A DNA stretch of 63,633 nt, filler included, from Pseudomonadota bacterium (GTDB lineage: Bacteria; Bdellovibrionota_F; JAHFAK01; JBDREC01), in NCBI GenBank assembly GCA_043820105.1. It is 8 parts of 8 records of this genome, joined end to end, with 100 filler letters (N's around TTAATTAATTAA, not from the genome) between each part and the next. Parts side by side here need not be neighbours in the genome. Positions count along the whole stretch, not along the records: positions 1 to 21,502 come from JBDREC010000009.1; 7 more parts are not named here. One strand, 5' to 3'. Made by a program: the position numbers and the translations under genes. Position 1 is the first letter of the stretch. Each line of letters starts with the position of its first letter. The notes beneath the pieces are model-generated. The model did no database searches and was not told where the DNA came from. It saw only the letters and a program-made list of their open reading frames with translations. Positions 10,080 to 20,992 of this stretch are shown here, in pieces.

Positions 10080-11086
10080 AAGAAGCTGAAAAATTTTTCT
10101 TTGAAGTTAAAAACTTTATTAAGAAACATCATCTAATTTCAAAAGATGATAAAATTCTTTGCGCCCTTTCAGGTGGAATGGACTCTGTATGCCTGCTGCA
10201 CATACTTGCAAATTTAAAAAAGCCTCTGGGCTTTAATCTTGCATGCATTCACATTAATCATAATTTAAGAACCAAGGACTCAAACAAGGATGAAGCATTT
10301 GCAAAAGAAATGTCTAAAAGCTTGAATATTCCCTGTTATTCTAAATCAGTTGACGTAAAGGCCTTTGCAACAAACAATAAAATATCCAATGAAGAAGCAG
10401 CTCGAATCTTAAGGTATAAAGCTTTTGAACAGATTAAAACGGAATTTTTATTTGATAAAATTGCCTGCGCTCATCATGCAAATGACCAGGCCGAAACACT
10501 AATTATGAGATTTTGCAAAGGCTCCTTACTTGGCGGTCTAAGAGGCATGGATCCCCTTAGCAAGAACAGAGTAATTAGACCCTTACTACAAAGCACTAAA
10601 GAACAAATTTCAGCTTATTTAAAAGAAAATAATTTGAATTTTAGACAAGATAACAGCAATGAAAATATAGACATAATGAGAAATAATATTAGGCATAAAA
10701 TTATTCCACAATTAAAAGAAGCAATTAATAATAATATAATTAAAACTCTATCTGAAAAAGCTATTTATTTTTCTTATGCTAAACAGTACTTTGAGGATAA
10801 TATAGAAAAGCTAGCGCATGACCTTCAAGAAAGAGTAGATGACAAAACCTATTATCTGAAAAAAAACATAAGAGATGAATCTAAGTTTATTAGAATCTCC
10901 ATAGTGCATCAAATTTTACAAACCCTACTGAAAAGTCATGAAAACATTAGTTTAAAGCATCTGGAAGCTTGTGATGAAGAAATTTTAAAGAATAACACAG
11001 GTTCAAGCCTAAATCTTCCAAAGGGAATTGTCTTTGCAACACTCGACAATTACTATAGTTTTTCTATTTCAAATATTGCTTTATAA
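10076..11086 (+). CDS. tilS: tRNA(Ile)-lysidine synthase
   Basis: SGGMDS PP-loop, INHNLR, EEAARILRY, AHHANDQAET, IRPLL, RNNIR. Confidence 0.93.
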   Translation: MKEAEKFFFEVKNFIKKHHLISKDDKILCALSGGMDSVCLLHILANLKKPLGFNLACIHINHNLRTKDSNKDEAFAKEMSKSLNIPCYSKSVDVKAFATNNKISNEEAARILRYKAFEQIKTEFLFDKIACAHHANDQAETLIMRFCKGSLLGGLRGMDPLSKNRVIRPLLQSTKEQISAYLKENNLNFRQDNSNENIDIMRNNIRHKIIPQLKEAINNNIIKTLSEKAIYFSYAKQYFEDNIEKLAHDLQERVDDKTYYLKKNIRDESKFIRISIVHQILQTLLKSHENISLKHLEACDEEILKNNTGSSLNLPKGIVFATLDNYYSFSISNIAL

Positions 11087-11176
11087 AATTAGACCCTTAA
11101 TTATTAACAAAAAAAATATTGCTTATTGCTTTTAAATAATTACAATTAAATAAAAAATTTTCAAGGTGGTAAGAAA

Positions 11177-11422
11177 ATGGATGGATCTCTTTCATGGCAA
11201 GATATTTGCTATAAATATCCCAATCAATGGGTTATTCTAAATAGCTACAACTTAAACAAAGAAGAAGTGAATCCAGACAAAGCCTCAGTTATTGCAGCTT
11301 CTGGCAATAAAAGTTTAGTTGATAGAGTCCTAAGTGATTACAAATCAAATGAAATAATAGTTAGATATACTGGAAAATTTATAGATGAGTATCTATACTG
11401 CCCTTTAAACGAGTCTCCCTAG
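11177..11422 (+). CDS. small hypothetical protein (DUF5678-like)
   Basis: W..I..KYPNQWV...YTG pattern. Confidence 0.55.
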   Translation: MDGSLSWQDICYKYPNQWVILNSYNLNKEEVNPDKASVIAASGNKSLVDRVLSDYKSNEIIVRYTGKFIDEYLYCPLNESP

Positions 11423-11715
11423 CTCATCTTCTCATCAGGGTTCCAAGGCATTAAAATCCACAAAGAAATGTAAACAATAAGGCCCCAGCCACCAAGAAAA
11501 AAACCAATTACAAACAAAACTCTTAATAAGGAAGATGGGATTCCAAATTGATTGGAAAGACCAGCGCAAACTCCAGCTATTTTTCTGGCATTATAATCCC
11601 TGAACCACTCTTTAACAGGTCTTTTCTTTACAACAAATGATGTACAATGTTTGCATTTTACAGCATCATTATGAATATCTTCCAAACAAAAAGGACATTT
11701 TTTAGTTTCGCTCAT
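11419..11715 (-). CDS. zinc-ribbon plus PspC-domain protein
   Basis: CPFC..CKHC ribbon; KIAGVCAGL and YISLWILMP PspC motifs; GGAGG RBS. Confidence 0.85.
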   Translation of the reverse strand: MSETKKCPFCLEDIHNDAVKCKHCTSFVVKKRPVKEWFRDYNARKIAGVCAGLSNQFGIPSSLLRVLFVIGFFLGGWGLIVYISLWILMPWNPDEKMS

Positions 11716-11863
11716 GTTTCCTCCATCTGAGTATTACTTATTTCGTATTTCATATTTCGAAAAACCAAACAAAAATCAAGTATCAATTTTAAAAAGTTAA
11801 AAACATTTGCCATAAATGCTCATAATATGTTATTATAATTATTAAGAATATCAAGGAACACAT

Positions 11864-13027
11864 ATGGTGAAAAAAATCAAAAAGAAAACAGCTTTACTTC
11901 TTGGTGGTGGTGGAGTTACTGGGGGTGTATTTGAAATTGGATGCATTAAAGCAATCAATGATTTTATAACAAATAAATCCTTAAATGATTTTGATATTTT
12001 CATTGGAACAAGTGCTGGTTCTATTATAGCCACCTGCCTTGCCTTTAACATTAGTCCTGAAGAAATATATAAATCTTTAGAAGGAAAATCAAAGAAGCTT
12101 TCACCATTAAGGAGGAGAGATTTTTATAGGCCTAATATTGCTGAAGTCGCTTACAAATATATTACATTTCCAAACAGCTTTTATAACAATATAAAGAATG
12201 CGATTAACACTAAAAACTTAAATCCTATGGATTTTTTAGCAAGCTCTTTATATTCAATTCTTCCAAGTGGTCTTTTCACCACAAAAGGAGTAGTAGATTA
12301 TTTAAATAAGAATGTTATTAAAAATGATAAAAGAAATGATTTCAAAAATCTTGCAAAAGAACTTTACATACCATCCTGCAACCTAGACACAGGTGAAAGA
12401 GTTGTTTTTGGTGATAATGGATATAAAACCATAACAATAACAAAAGCAGTTGAAGCCTCCATTGCCTTTCCGTTTTTATATAAGCCTGTTAGATATAAAG
12501 AAAATGACTATGTAGACGGTGCAATAAAAAGAACCGTTCACCTGGATGTTGCAATAAAGAAAAAAGCAGAGCTTCTAATTTGTATAAATCCTATTGCACC
12601 TTTTAAAAATATTCAACAATCTGGAACCTCTCAAAATTCTTCTAAAGACAAAAAACACATTAGCCAAACAGGAATAATAAATATTGTTGATCAAGCATTC
12701 AGAGCAGTCATTCATTCAAGGACCCAAATGGGTATAGCAAAAGCAAAGCGTGAAAACCCAAATCTTAAAATATTAATGTTTGAGCCAAAACTTGATGATA
12801 TTACCATGTTTGCATATCACATGATGAGATATGATGCCAGAGAAAAGATCGCCAAATATAGCTATAACCTTACTGTCAGAGAGATAAATAATAATTTTCA
12901 AAAATATTATAATATTTTCAAAGAATTTGGGTTTATTTTAGATAATTCATTTATTAGTAGAAATAAAAATGCAAAAAACCAAGCAGGGGAGAACAAATCT
13001 AAAGGATCTCTTCTTTCAATTTTGTAA
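11864..13027 (+). CDS. patatin-like phospholipase
   Basis: GGGGVTG, GTSAG nucleophile motif, DGA. Confidence 0.9.
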   Translation: MVKKIKKKTALLLGGGGVTGGVFEIGCIKAINDFITNKSLNDFDIFIGTSAGSIIATCLAFNISPEEIYKSLEGKSKKLSPLRRRDFYRPNIAEVAYKYITFPNSFYNNIKNAINTKNLNPMDFLASSLYSILPSGLFTTKGVVDYLNKNVIKNDKRNDFKNLAKELYIPSCNLDTGERVVFGDNGYKTITITKAVEASIAFPFLYKPVRYKENDYVDGAIKRTVHLDVAIKKKAELLICINPIAPFKNIQQSGTSQNSSKDKKHISQTGIINIVDQAFRAVIHSRTQMGIAKAKRENPNLKILMFEPKLDDITMFAYHMMRYDAREKIAKYSYNLTVREINNNFQKYYNIFKEFGFILDNSFISRNKNAKNQAGENKSKGSLLSIL

Positions 13028-14099
13028 CAAATTCTCTTAAAGCAGAATCTAATAATTTAAAACTTTTTTCAAACCTAAGAGCAACAACATCTGAAAAAGT
13101 AGCGGTCTTAGTTTTAAAGACTTGAGCTGTAAATAAAAAATTATGTTCAGAATCCGGCACAATTTTGATTATTAAAAATGCCTCTCTTCCTGCTGCCATC
13201 GTTGAAAACTTGAAGTTTTCTTCTATTGTTCTTTCTTTAGTTGGGGTAAAAAAAGTATCTTTAGAGATTCTTCTGAGCTTAATATCAAAATTTGTAATGT
13301 TTTCATTTAAGGCTAGCATTTGCCTAAAAGCATAATATCCATCTTTATAAACAGCTATAGAAACCTTTTTCTGAGGCAAATTATTAATTATAAGCTTATC
13401 CACTGCACTTGTTTTTCCCCTGCTAATGCCATCAACAACAACACTGGCCCCATTAACATCAAAGGATAACTCAAGAGTTTTAATAAGCTTGGCTTCCATA
13501 TCTTCCCTAACCATATTATAGATCTTAAGTTGCTTTGGTGAAAAAATCTTGCCATCAATTTTCAGTTCTGCATCAAATAAAAAAAGACTTTCAAGCGCAA
13601 GTCGAGCATCATTATTATTTTCTAGATTCATATTAGCTTTAACATTTATTAAAGAAGCTTCAATAAACCTATCACGAATATCATAATACAAAGAATCCGC
13701 CTGCATTAAATCTAAAGCTTTTTGAGATTCTGAAATAGCCTTTGAAAAAAGAATATTTTTATCATATTTTTCAGCATTGGAAATTAATTTATCTACATTT
13801 GAAAAATTTTTGACATAAGGTAAAAAGGTATAATCTTCATTTGAAGGTTTAAATTCAAAAAAATTGTAATCATTTGCAACAGGCAGTTCCCTGAGGATAT
13901 ATTCTTTAATCTTTTTCAAATGATAATCTGATAGACCTTCATAGTTAAAATACACTGAAACATTTTTTGTTTTAATGCTTGCAGGTTCTTTTGTTTTTTC
14001 AATGATTGTCTGATTCTCATTTTCTGTGGCTAACAAAACATGGCACAACAAGAGCCAGAAAAAAAATAATCTAATAAAAATTTGAGTAAATCTATTCAT
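12999..14099 (-). CDS. secreted PEGA-domain protein
   Basis: Signal peptide; GASVVVDG..RGKT and KDGY motifs. Confidence 0.7.
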   Translation of the reverse strand: MNRFTQIFIRLFFFWLLLCHVLLATENENQTIIEKTKEPASIKTKNVSVYFNYEGLSDYHLKKIKEYILRELPVANDYNFFEFKPSNEDYTFLPYVKNFSNVDKLISNAEKYDKNILFSKAISESQKALDLMQADSLYYDIRDRFIEASLINVKANMNLENNNDARLALESLFLFDAELKIDGKIFSPKQLKIYNMVREDMEAKLIKTLELSFDVNGASVVVDGISRGKTSAVDKLIINNLPQKKVSIAVYKDGYYAFRQMLALNENITNFDIKLRRISKDTFFTPTKERTIEENFKFSTMAAGREAFLIIKIVPDSEHNFLFTAQVFKTKTATFSDVVALRFEKSFKLLDSALREFVTKLKEEIL

Positions 14100-14116
14100 A
14101 ATTCAATCCTTAGATG

Positions 14117-14620
14117 TTATTTTTTTGAAAGTTTAATAATTTTTTCATTCAACAAAAGCTCGCTAAGCATTAATAATCTTTTTTTCCAAAAATGTTTATC
14201 ATTCCTAACAACTTTATCAAATTTTTTCTGGGCTTCAAAATAGTTGCCCTTTAATAAATGGGCCAAACCAAGATTATATATGATTTTAACATTATCATAA
14301 TCAATTTTCTCGGCTTTTTTTAAAACCTCAATAGCATCGTCAAAGCGATCAAGATGTAGATAAAGCTCCCCCTTAAGTTCTAAAGCATAGGCATTGGGAT
14401 CTTCTTCTGAAATTAGAGGTTCTATTTCATTTAAACCCTTTTCATATTCTCCTAAACCTTGAAAGGCCATTGTCTTGAAATAGGTGATTGCTTCATCTTC
14501 AATGTTCTCATTAGACATTTCATTTAAAATATTAAGAGCTTGCTCATACTCGGTTTCATCAAGATGTTTTTGTATATTTTTTAAATTCTTCCTGGTTTTT
14601 AGATACGTTTTTATACTCAT
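14117..14620 (-). CDS. tetratricopeptide repeat protein
   Basis: TPR-like helices (YNLGLAH..GNYFEA). Confidence 0.8.
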   Translation of the reverse strand: MSIKTYLKTRKNLKNIQKHLDETEYEQALNILNEMSNENIEDEAITYFKTMAFQGLGEYEKGLNEIEPLISEEDPNAYALELKGELYLHLDRFDDAIEVLKKAEKIDYDNVKIIYNLGLAHLLKGNYFEAQKKFDKVVRNDKHFWKKRLLMLSELLLNEKIIKLSKK

Positions 14621-14628
14621 GCTAATTT

Positions 14629-14658
14629 AGTGGTAAGTGGTAAGTGGTAAGTGGTAAG
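14629..14658 (+). repeat. (TAAGTGG)n heptamer array
   Basis: About 4 units directly upstream of the TPR gene start. Confidence 0.9.
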
Positions 14659-14785
14659 GCTTATAGATAAAAACATTACAACTTAATACTTAACACGGGT
14701 TTCAAAATCAATTAATTTGACATATGTGAAAGTAAGTTGCAATTTATAATCAAAAAAATCAACTAATTAAAGGAGCAATATTTCA

Positions 14786-16285
14786 ATGAAATCAGTACCC
14801 AGGATTGCATTTGTTTTTTCGATTCTTATTAGCATCGCCTTATATGCTGACATTAGAAATATCAAAATATTACACTTTAATGACTTTCATGGTTACCTAA
14901 CACCTTTACAGCAAAAAGAAACTTCCCTTACAATCGGGGGAGCTGCATATCTTGCACATATGATATATAAGCATAGAGACAAAAATAGCATATTAGTATC
15001 AGCTGGAGACATGTATTTTGGCTCAACAGAATCAAACCTGAACAAAGGACAAGCAGTTAATGATATTATGAATTATTTAAAGCTTGATGCCTTTGGAATT
15101 GGCAACCATGCATTTGATTTTGGAGTAAATGCATTGAAAGATCTTTTTAATGGTGCCAACTTTGAATTTTTAGCCTGCAACCTATCTGGAATTAAATTCA
15201 TCACAACACATAAAATTATTGAGAAAAATGGACTAAAACTTCTTATCATTGGACTTTTAACAAACAAATCTTTTATGGAAACAGCTGTTGAACCGGAGTA
15301 TAAGCTAAAAGTAAGTGAGCCAATTAGTTCTCTAAAACAATTTTTAAATACATTAAATAACAAGTATGATGCTATTATTGTGCTATCTCACATTGGCTAT
15401 TCAGAAGATATAGAACTAGCTAAAGCAATAGATAAAGAATTAATTATAATCGGAGGGCATACTCATACACTGCTTAAAAGTGCTGAAAAAATCAATAAAA
15501 GTATTATTGTTCAGGCAGGAGAGCATGGAAAATACCTGGGAATACTAAATCTAAGCTTTGATAACAATAATAAAATAATAGCTCATTCAACTAGGGCAAT
15601 ACCAATAATAGCCAGTGGTTCTTTTGATAAAAAAGTCATGGAAATAGCCAGCAAGGCTGAAGCAGAAGTCACAAAGAAATTAGAAAAAGTAATTGCATAT
15701 GCAGAAACCACTCTTGATGGAGCCAGAGAAAATGTTAGAACAAAAGAAACAAACCTTGGCAATCTTGTTTCAGATTGCTTCCTGCAATGTTCAAAGGCTC
15801 AAATCGCAATAACCAATGGCGGAGCAATAAGGCAAACCATAGACCAAGGACCTGTTTCTTTAAAAAAAGTATATAATGTAATTCCTTTTCAAGATGCCCT
15901 TCAAATGACTTCAATAAAAGGATTCCAACTTAAATTAATGCTTGAGCACTTACTCCAATATGCTCCCTTGCAAAGCGGCACCTTTCCTCAGGTCTCTGGC
16001 CTTCAATTAGAATATGATAAAAATAAAGCTCCAAAAGAAAGAATTAAGTCCATAAAAATTACTGGTGAATTATTAAAAGATGACGCTACCTATTCAATGA
16101 CCACAACGGAATACATAGCCAAAACTATTGTTAAAAAACCACAATTAATTGACCTGGAATTTCAAGAAACTTGTAATGGGAATCTAATGTGGAATATCTT
16201 AACTTCCTGTTTTAAAGAAAAGAAAACATTAAACCAAAAATTAGAAGACCGAATTATAGAAATAATTGAAAAAGAAAAGAACTAG
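14786..16285 (+). CDS. 5'-nucleotidase / bifunctional metallophosphatase
   Basis: NDFHG, AGD, GNHAFD, SHIG, GGHTH, NGGAIR. Confidence 0.9.
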   Translation: MKSVPRIAFVFSILISIALYADIRNIKILHFNDFHGYLTPLQQKETSLTIGGAAYLAHMIYKHRDKNSILVSAGDMYFGSTESNLNKGQAVNDIMNYLKLDAFGIGNHAFDFGVNALKDLFNGANFEFLACNLSGIKFITTHKIIEKNGLKLLIIGLLTNKSFMETAVEPEYKLKVSEPISSLKQFLNTLNNKYDAIIVLSHIGYSEDIELAKAIDKELIIIGGHTHTLLKSAEKINKSIIVQAGEHGKYLGILNLSFDNNNKIIAHSTRAIPIIASGSFDKKVMEIASKAEAEVTKKLEKVIAYAETTLDGARENVRTKETNLGNLVSDCFLQCSKAQIAITNGGAIRQTIDQGPVSLKKVYNVIPFQDALQMTSIKGFQLKLMLEHLLQYAPLQSGTFPQVSGLQLEYDKNKAPKERIKSIKITGELLKDDATYSMTTTEYIAKTIVKKPQLIDLEFQETCNGNLMWNILTSCFKEKKTLNQKLEDRIIEIIEKEKN

Positions 16286-16291
16286 CTAATT

Positions 16292-17176
16292 TTAATAAAT
16301 ACTGTTCTGGACAAGATCCATAAATTGCTCAATTGCTTTGGTCATTACTTTACCTTCCTTAACAATAAAATAAATATCTCTTTCAAGCTTCATGCCAGTA
16401 ACTTCTAGTTTTTTTAAAGATCCGTTCTTTAATTCCTCTTTTATAGTATGATCAGGCAATAATGACACACCTAAAGAAGCTTGAACCATTTTTTTCATAG
16501 TATCAATATTATCAGATTCAACAATATATTTTAATTTTATCTGTTTTTCTTTTAGAAAATTATTAATAACACCATAAGTAGGAGTCTCTTGACCAAAGCC
16601 AATAAAATCTATGTCATTGAGGTCTTTTAAGGAAACCTTATCTAGGGAGGCAAGATAATGATCTTTACTACAAACAAAAACCATAGAATTTTTAATAGTG
16701 TGGATTGTATTTATCCCTGATAAATTTGTAGCTCCAGCTATTATTCCAAGATCAACTTCATTTGCTTTCACCATATCAACAACTTGATCTGAAAGTTTAT
16801 AATAAACCTTGAAGCCAACCTTTGGATTAGATTTTTTAAAACGACTCACATAAGCTGGAAGCATGTGAATTCCTATTGAATTAACAGCTGCTATTACAAA
16901 CTCCCCTGCATAACCCTCTTTAGCATCGTGAATTAATTCTTCCAAATCTGAAACTGATTGAAAAATTTCACTACAATGTTTATGTAGAATCTTTCCTGTT
17001 GTTGTTAAGTATATTCTTTTATCAATTCTATCAAAAAGTTGAGTATCAAGTTCCTTTTCAAGAATTTTTATTTGTGTTGATAAGGCGGGCTGAGAAATGT
17101 TAACCAGTTTTGCTGCTTTGCTAAAATTCAAAACCTTGGCTAAAACAGCAAAGTTCTTTAGTCTTGTTAAATCCAT
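16292..17176 (-). CDS. LysR-family transcriptional regulator
   Basis: FSKAA..ISQPALSTQIKILEKEL HTH. Confidence 0.93.
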   Translation of the reverse strand: MDLTRLKNFAVLAKVLNFSKAAKLVNISQPALSTQIKILEKELDTQLFDRIDKRIYLTTTGKILHKHCSEIFQSVSDLEELIHDAKEGYAGEFVIAAVNSIGIHMLPAYVSRFKKSNPKVGFKVYYKLSDQVVDMVKANEVDLGIIAGATNLSGINTIHTIKNSMVFVCSKDHYLASLDKVSLKDLNDIDFIGFGQETPTYGVINNFLKEKQIKLKYIVESDNIDTMKKMVQASLGVSLLPDHTIKEELKNGSLKKLEVTGMKLERDIYFIVKEGKVMTKAIEQFMDLVQNSIY

Positions 17177-17263
17177 TTTTTGACCGGAAAATAAATTTAT
17201 AAACTTAATGAGTTTTATAATGGATCTGGCTCAAATGCAAGCTAAAATTGATATTGAGTTTCA

Positions 17264-17911
17264 TTATCGGCCAAGCAGCAAGCATGTATCAAATGAACAA
17301 AGTTTTTCAAACTCCATAGCATCTTCGTAAGAACCAATAATATCAGCATAATGCATGGGAATTGCCAACCTTGGTTTGATAATTTTTGCAGCTTCAGCTG
17401 CTTCAGGTGCATTCATAACATAGGTTCCACTAACAGGCAAAAATGCAATATCGCAACATACAGCTTTCATTTCAGGAATAAGATCAGTATCGCCAGCAAA
17501 ATAAATGCTCGCGTGTTCAAATGCAACAACATAACCAAGTCCTTCATAATTATATGGATGAAAAGATTTGTTCGTATTATAAGCTCGTATTGCTTTGATA
17601 GAAATAATTCCATCAGAATAATTATCGCCTGGGCTAAGAATCTTCACATCGTGATCAAGCTTACCCTGCAGCATTTTAGGCATGAATACCCTGGAGGAAG
17701 GTTTTAATATCTTTTTGATATCATCTAGAGAAAAATGATCATAATGATGATCATGACTAATAAAAATATAATCAGCTGGAGCATTTCCCTTAAGTTTCCA
17801 AGGATCAAAATAACAAACCAAATTATCAGACAAAGACCCAGTCAATTTAATACTCGAATGTCCTAAGAGCTTTATATCTTTAATATAAGCTCTGATATTT
17901 TCCATAAACAA
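17264..17911 (-). CDS. MBL-fold metallohydrolase
   Basis: SHDHHYDH, FAGDT, IPMHY. Confidence 0.88.
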   Translation of the reverse strand: MFMENIRAYIKDIKLLGHSSIKLTGSLSDNLVCYFDPWKLKGNAPADYIFISHDHHYDHFSLDDIKKILKPSSRVFMPKMLQGKLDHDVKILSPGDNYSDGIISIKAIRAYNTNKSFHPYNYEGLGYVVAFEHASIYFAGDTDLIPEMKAVCCDIAFLPVSGTYVMNAPEAAEAAKIIKPRLAIPMHYADIIGSYEDAMEFEKLCSFDTCLLLGR

Positions 17912-17924
17912 TTACCTAGCCTCT

Positions 17925-18611
17925 CTAGATCTTCTCTTTCTTAATATCCTCTTTCAGCTGATTAAAATCTTCATAAATATAATCTGGATTTTCTTTTAAA
18001 AGTTCTTTTTTAGTAAAACTACCAGTTGTAACAGCAATTGATTTAAAACCGGCTTTTTTGGCAGATTGTATATCATAAGGAGTATCTCCAATTACATAAA
18101 TAGAATCATTAGCTATAATTTCTTTAGCCTCATGAATTCCTCGAGTTGCTGCAATTTTTAATATTTCAGTCCTGTCTTCTGCATCTGACCCAAAACCACC
18201 AAAAGTAAAAAAGCGGTTTAAATTTGCTCTTTCAAGTTTTATTCTCGCTCCTTCTTCAATGTTTCCTGTTGCTAAGCCAATAACGACATTTTTACTATCT
18301 TTTAGCTCATTCAAAGTGCTAATAACACCGGACATAATTTTAAACTGAGGAGATAGAGGCACTTCTGTTTTTAAATAAGCAATATAATTTTCTAAAATTG
18401 AATCAGCTATTTTTTTGGTTAATTCTTTTTTAGGAAACTTCTTTTTAAATATTTCTTTTATTATTAAATAATCTGTTTTTCCATCAGGTAAGATATCTTC
18501 AGTAGTTTCTTCACAATTCAAGCATTTTTTAAATGATTTGGCTAAAGATCTATCTCCAGCGCCCCCAGACAATAGTAAGGTTCCATCAATGTCGAATAAA
18601 AATAATTTCAC
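17925..18611 (-). CDS. HAD-family phosphatase
   Basis: FDIDGTL, ATGN, IGDTPYD. Confidence 0.9.
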   Translation of the reverse strand: MKLFLFDIDGTLLLSGGAGDRSLAKSFKKCLNCEETTEDILPDGKTDYLIIKEIFKKKFPKKELTKKIADSILENYIAYLKTEVPLSPQFKIMSGVISTLNELKDSKNVVIGLATGNIEEGARIKLERANLNRFFTFGGFGSDAEDRTEILKIAATRGIHEAKEIIANDSIYVIGDTPYDIQSAKKAGFKSIAVTTGSFTKKELLKENPDYIYEDFNQLKEDIKKEKI

Positions 18612-18628
18612 TTTTTTCCTCCTGCTTT

Positions 18629-20128
18629 TTAACTAAGCTCAATAACTTCAAACTGCTCAAGGTGATAATTTTGACTTGAAGTAATATCAACCTCAATCCC
18701 GTATCTTTCTTTTATTTGATCGCAATTAACCCTACCATTACTCAGCATATCTTGTACTTGCCAGTGTGCTGTTACTTTAAATCGCTTAACAGTAGGATTA
18801 CGCTTTGACTTTTTTCTTAAAAGTCGAAGAATTTCAATACAAGTAGATCTCTTAGATTTCAAATAACCTCGACCTTCACAGTAATAACAAGGTTCTGTGA
18901 GCACGTCTGATAAGTTGGCTCTGGTCCTTTTTCTGGTCATTTGCATAATACCAAATTCTGAAATTTTTGAAATATTGGTTTTTGCTTTATCTTTTTTAAG
19001 CATTTCTTCAAATGATTTTTCAATTTTTTCGCGATTTAATTCCTTTAACATATCAATAAAATCAATTATTACTATTCCACCTATATTTCTTAACCTTAAT
19101 TGATAGGCTATTTCTTGGGCTGCTTCAAGATTGGTCTTTACAATTGTGTCTTCAAGGTTACCCTTCCCAACATATTTTCCAGTATTAACATCAATGGCTA
19201 CCAAGGCCTCTGTTTGCTCAATAACAATATAACCACCTGATTTTAACCAAACTTTTCTGCTTAAGGCTTGTTCTATTTCTTTATCAATTCCATAGGCATC
19301 AAAAAGGGTATCTGCACCAGAATAATGCTCAACCTTAACATCTTGAGATTGAATAAATCTTCGTGCAAACTCTTCAATTCTATTTTTATGAAATTCAGTG
19401 TCTATTACAATTCTTTTTGTTTCTTCAGTAGTCAAATCTCTTGCTGCCTTTAAGGGAAGATCAAGATCCTGATGAATTAATTTTGATGCTTTACTTTCTT
19501 TAGATTTTGTAAAAATATCCTGCCAAAGATTTTGTAAGTATTTCATGTCAGCTAAAATTTCTTCTTTAGTCTTTCCTTCGCAAACAGTTCGAATAATATA
19601 ACCGCCAGAATCAGCTCTCAGTTCCTGAACAATCTCTTTTAACCTTTGTCTTTCATCTTCATCTTCAATTCTTTTGGAAACACCTATATGCTCCATGGTT
19701 GGCATGTATACAAGATGTCTTCCAGGCAGAGAAACATGCGAGGTAATTCGGGCACCCTTTGTGCCGATGGGATCTTTGGCAATTTGAACTAAAACCTCTT
19801 CACCTTCTTTTAGCATGTTTTGAATTGAAAGCTCTTTAGGAGCCTTATTTTCAGAATTATTCTTGTTTTTTTTATCTTCTAATAAATCTAAACCAGCATA
19901 CTCTTCTTTCACTTCACTAACATATAAAAAGGCAGCCCTATCAATACCAATATCAACAAAGGCTGCTTGCATACCAGGCAGCACTCTAACAACTTTACCT
20001 AAATAAATATTGCCAACATAACCTCTATCCTGCTCGCGCTCAATATAAAGCTCAACTACTTCACTGTTTTCACGAAGAGCAACTCTGGTTTCATTATCAA
20101 GCACGCTTATAAGTATTTCATTTTCCAT
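18629..20128 (-). CDS. rng: ribonuclease G / Rne-Rng family
   Basis: GNIYLGKV..VLPGMQAAFVDIG, IDVNTG, GGIVIIDFIDM, CYYCEGRG. Confidence 0.9.
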   Translation of the reverse strand: MENEILISVLDNETRVALRENSEVVELYIEREQDRGYVGNIYLGKVVRVLPGMQAAFVDIGIDRAAFLYVSEVKEEYAGLDLLEDKKNKNNSENKAPKELSIQNMLKEGEEVLVQIAKDPIGTKGARITSHVSLPGRHLVYMPTMEHIGVSKRIEDEDERQRLKEIVQELRADSGGYIIRTVCEGKTKEEILADMKYLQNLWQDIFTKSKESKASKLIHQDLDLPLKAARDLTTEETKRIVIDTEFHKNRIEEFARRFIQSQDVKVEHYSGADTLFDAYGIDKEIEQALSRKVWLKSGGYIVIEQTEALVAIDVNTGKYVGKGNLEDTIVKTNLEAAQEIAYQLRLRNIGGIVIIDFIDMLKELNREKIEKSFEEMLKKDKAKTNISKISEFGIMQMTRKRTRANLSDVLTEPCYYCEGRGYLKSKRSTCIEILRLLRKKSKRNPTVKRFKVTAHWQVQDMLSNGRVNCDQIKERYGIEVDITSSQNYHLEQFEVIELS

Positions 20129-20214
20129 ATAGGTTACTTATTCCATATTAATTTTAGATTCTTAAAAAACCGGGAAAATAACATAGTAAATAAAAATTTA
20201 GATGGCAAGATTAA

Positions 20215-20312
20215 TAAGTGGTAAGTGGTAAGTCGTAAGTGGTAAGTGGTAAGTGGTAAGTCGTAAGTGGTAAGTGGTAAGTGGTAAGTGGTAAGTCGTA
20301 AGTGGTAAGTGG
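20215..20312 (+). repeat. 14-unit TAAGT(G/C)G heptamer array
   Basis: 11 TAAGTGG and 3 TAAGTCG units. Confidence 0.95.
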
Positions 20313-20420
20313 TGAGATTTTTGATTAAATTTTATAATGCAAGTGAAAAAAAATTTTATTGCATCTTATTTGATTAAAATTTAGAAGAAAACTAACTTTT
20401 ATTTTTAAAAAGGATTTATA

Positions 20421-20765
20421 ATGTCTGATTGTCTTTTTTGTAAAATAGTAAACAAAGAAATTCCAGCAAAAATTGTTTATGAAGATGATTTGTGCCTTGT
20501 TTTTGAGGACATACATCCACAGGCCCCAATTCATTTTTTAGCGATTCCAAAAAAGCATATTAAAACATTCATGGATTTAGGGGATGAAGACTCGGAGTTC
20601 ATTGCTTCAATGATTAAAGGTTTACAAGTCTGTGCTGAAGATAATGGCCTTAACAAAGATGGCTTTAGGACAGTCATCAATAATGGCAAACATGGGGGAC
20701 AAGAGGTTTATCATGTTCACATGCATTTGCTTGGTGGAAGGCAGATGGACTGGCCTCCAGGCTAA
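20421..20765 (+). CDS. histidine triad (HIT/HINT) protein
   Basis: CLFCKI, HVHMHLLGG. Confidence 0.93.
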   Translation: MSDCLFCKIVNKEIPAKIVYEDDLCLVFEDIHPQAPIHFLAIPKKHIKTFMDLGDEDSEFIASMIKGLQVCAEDNGLNKDGFRTVINNGKHGGQEVYHVHMHLLGGRQMDWPPG

Positions 20766-20907
20766 CAAGCGTATTACGTATTTCGTATTACGTATTTCGT
20801 TAAGAACATGCTGATTTTTAGGCGAAAGAGCTGATTTTAATGCTTTTTTTTATGCTGCTCCGAATCACACCTGCCTGTAAACTCCTGATTTTATTAAAAT
20901 TTGACTT

Positions 20908-20923
20908 TGGCATCAATATTGCT
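20908..20923 (+). promoter_or_regulatory. sigma-54 -24/-12 promoter
   Basis: TGGCAT-CAATA-TTGCT. Confidence 0.72.
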
Positions 20924-20992
20924 TATAATAGTATAGTAAAGCAAAAAATATGAAAAAGCTAGAAACCGTTTTAATTAAATAAACAAGAGGTT

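Noticed and set aside
20215..20312. Possible CRISPR array
   Set aside because: Contiguous 7-mers with no spacers and no cas genes in the window.
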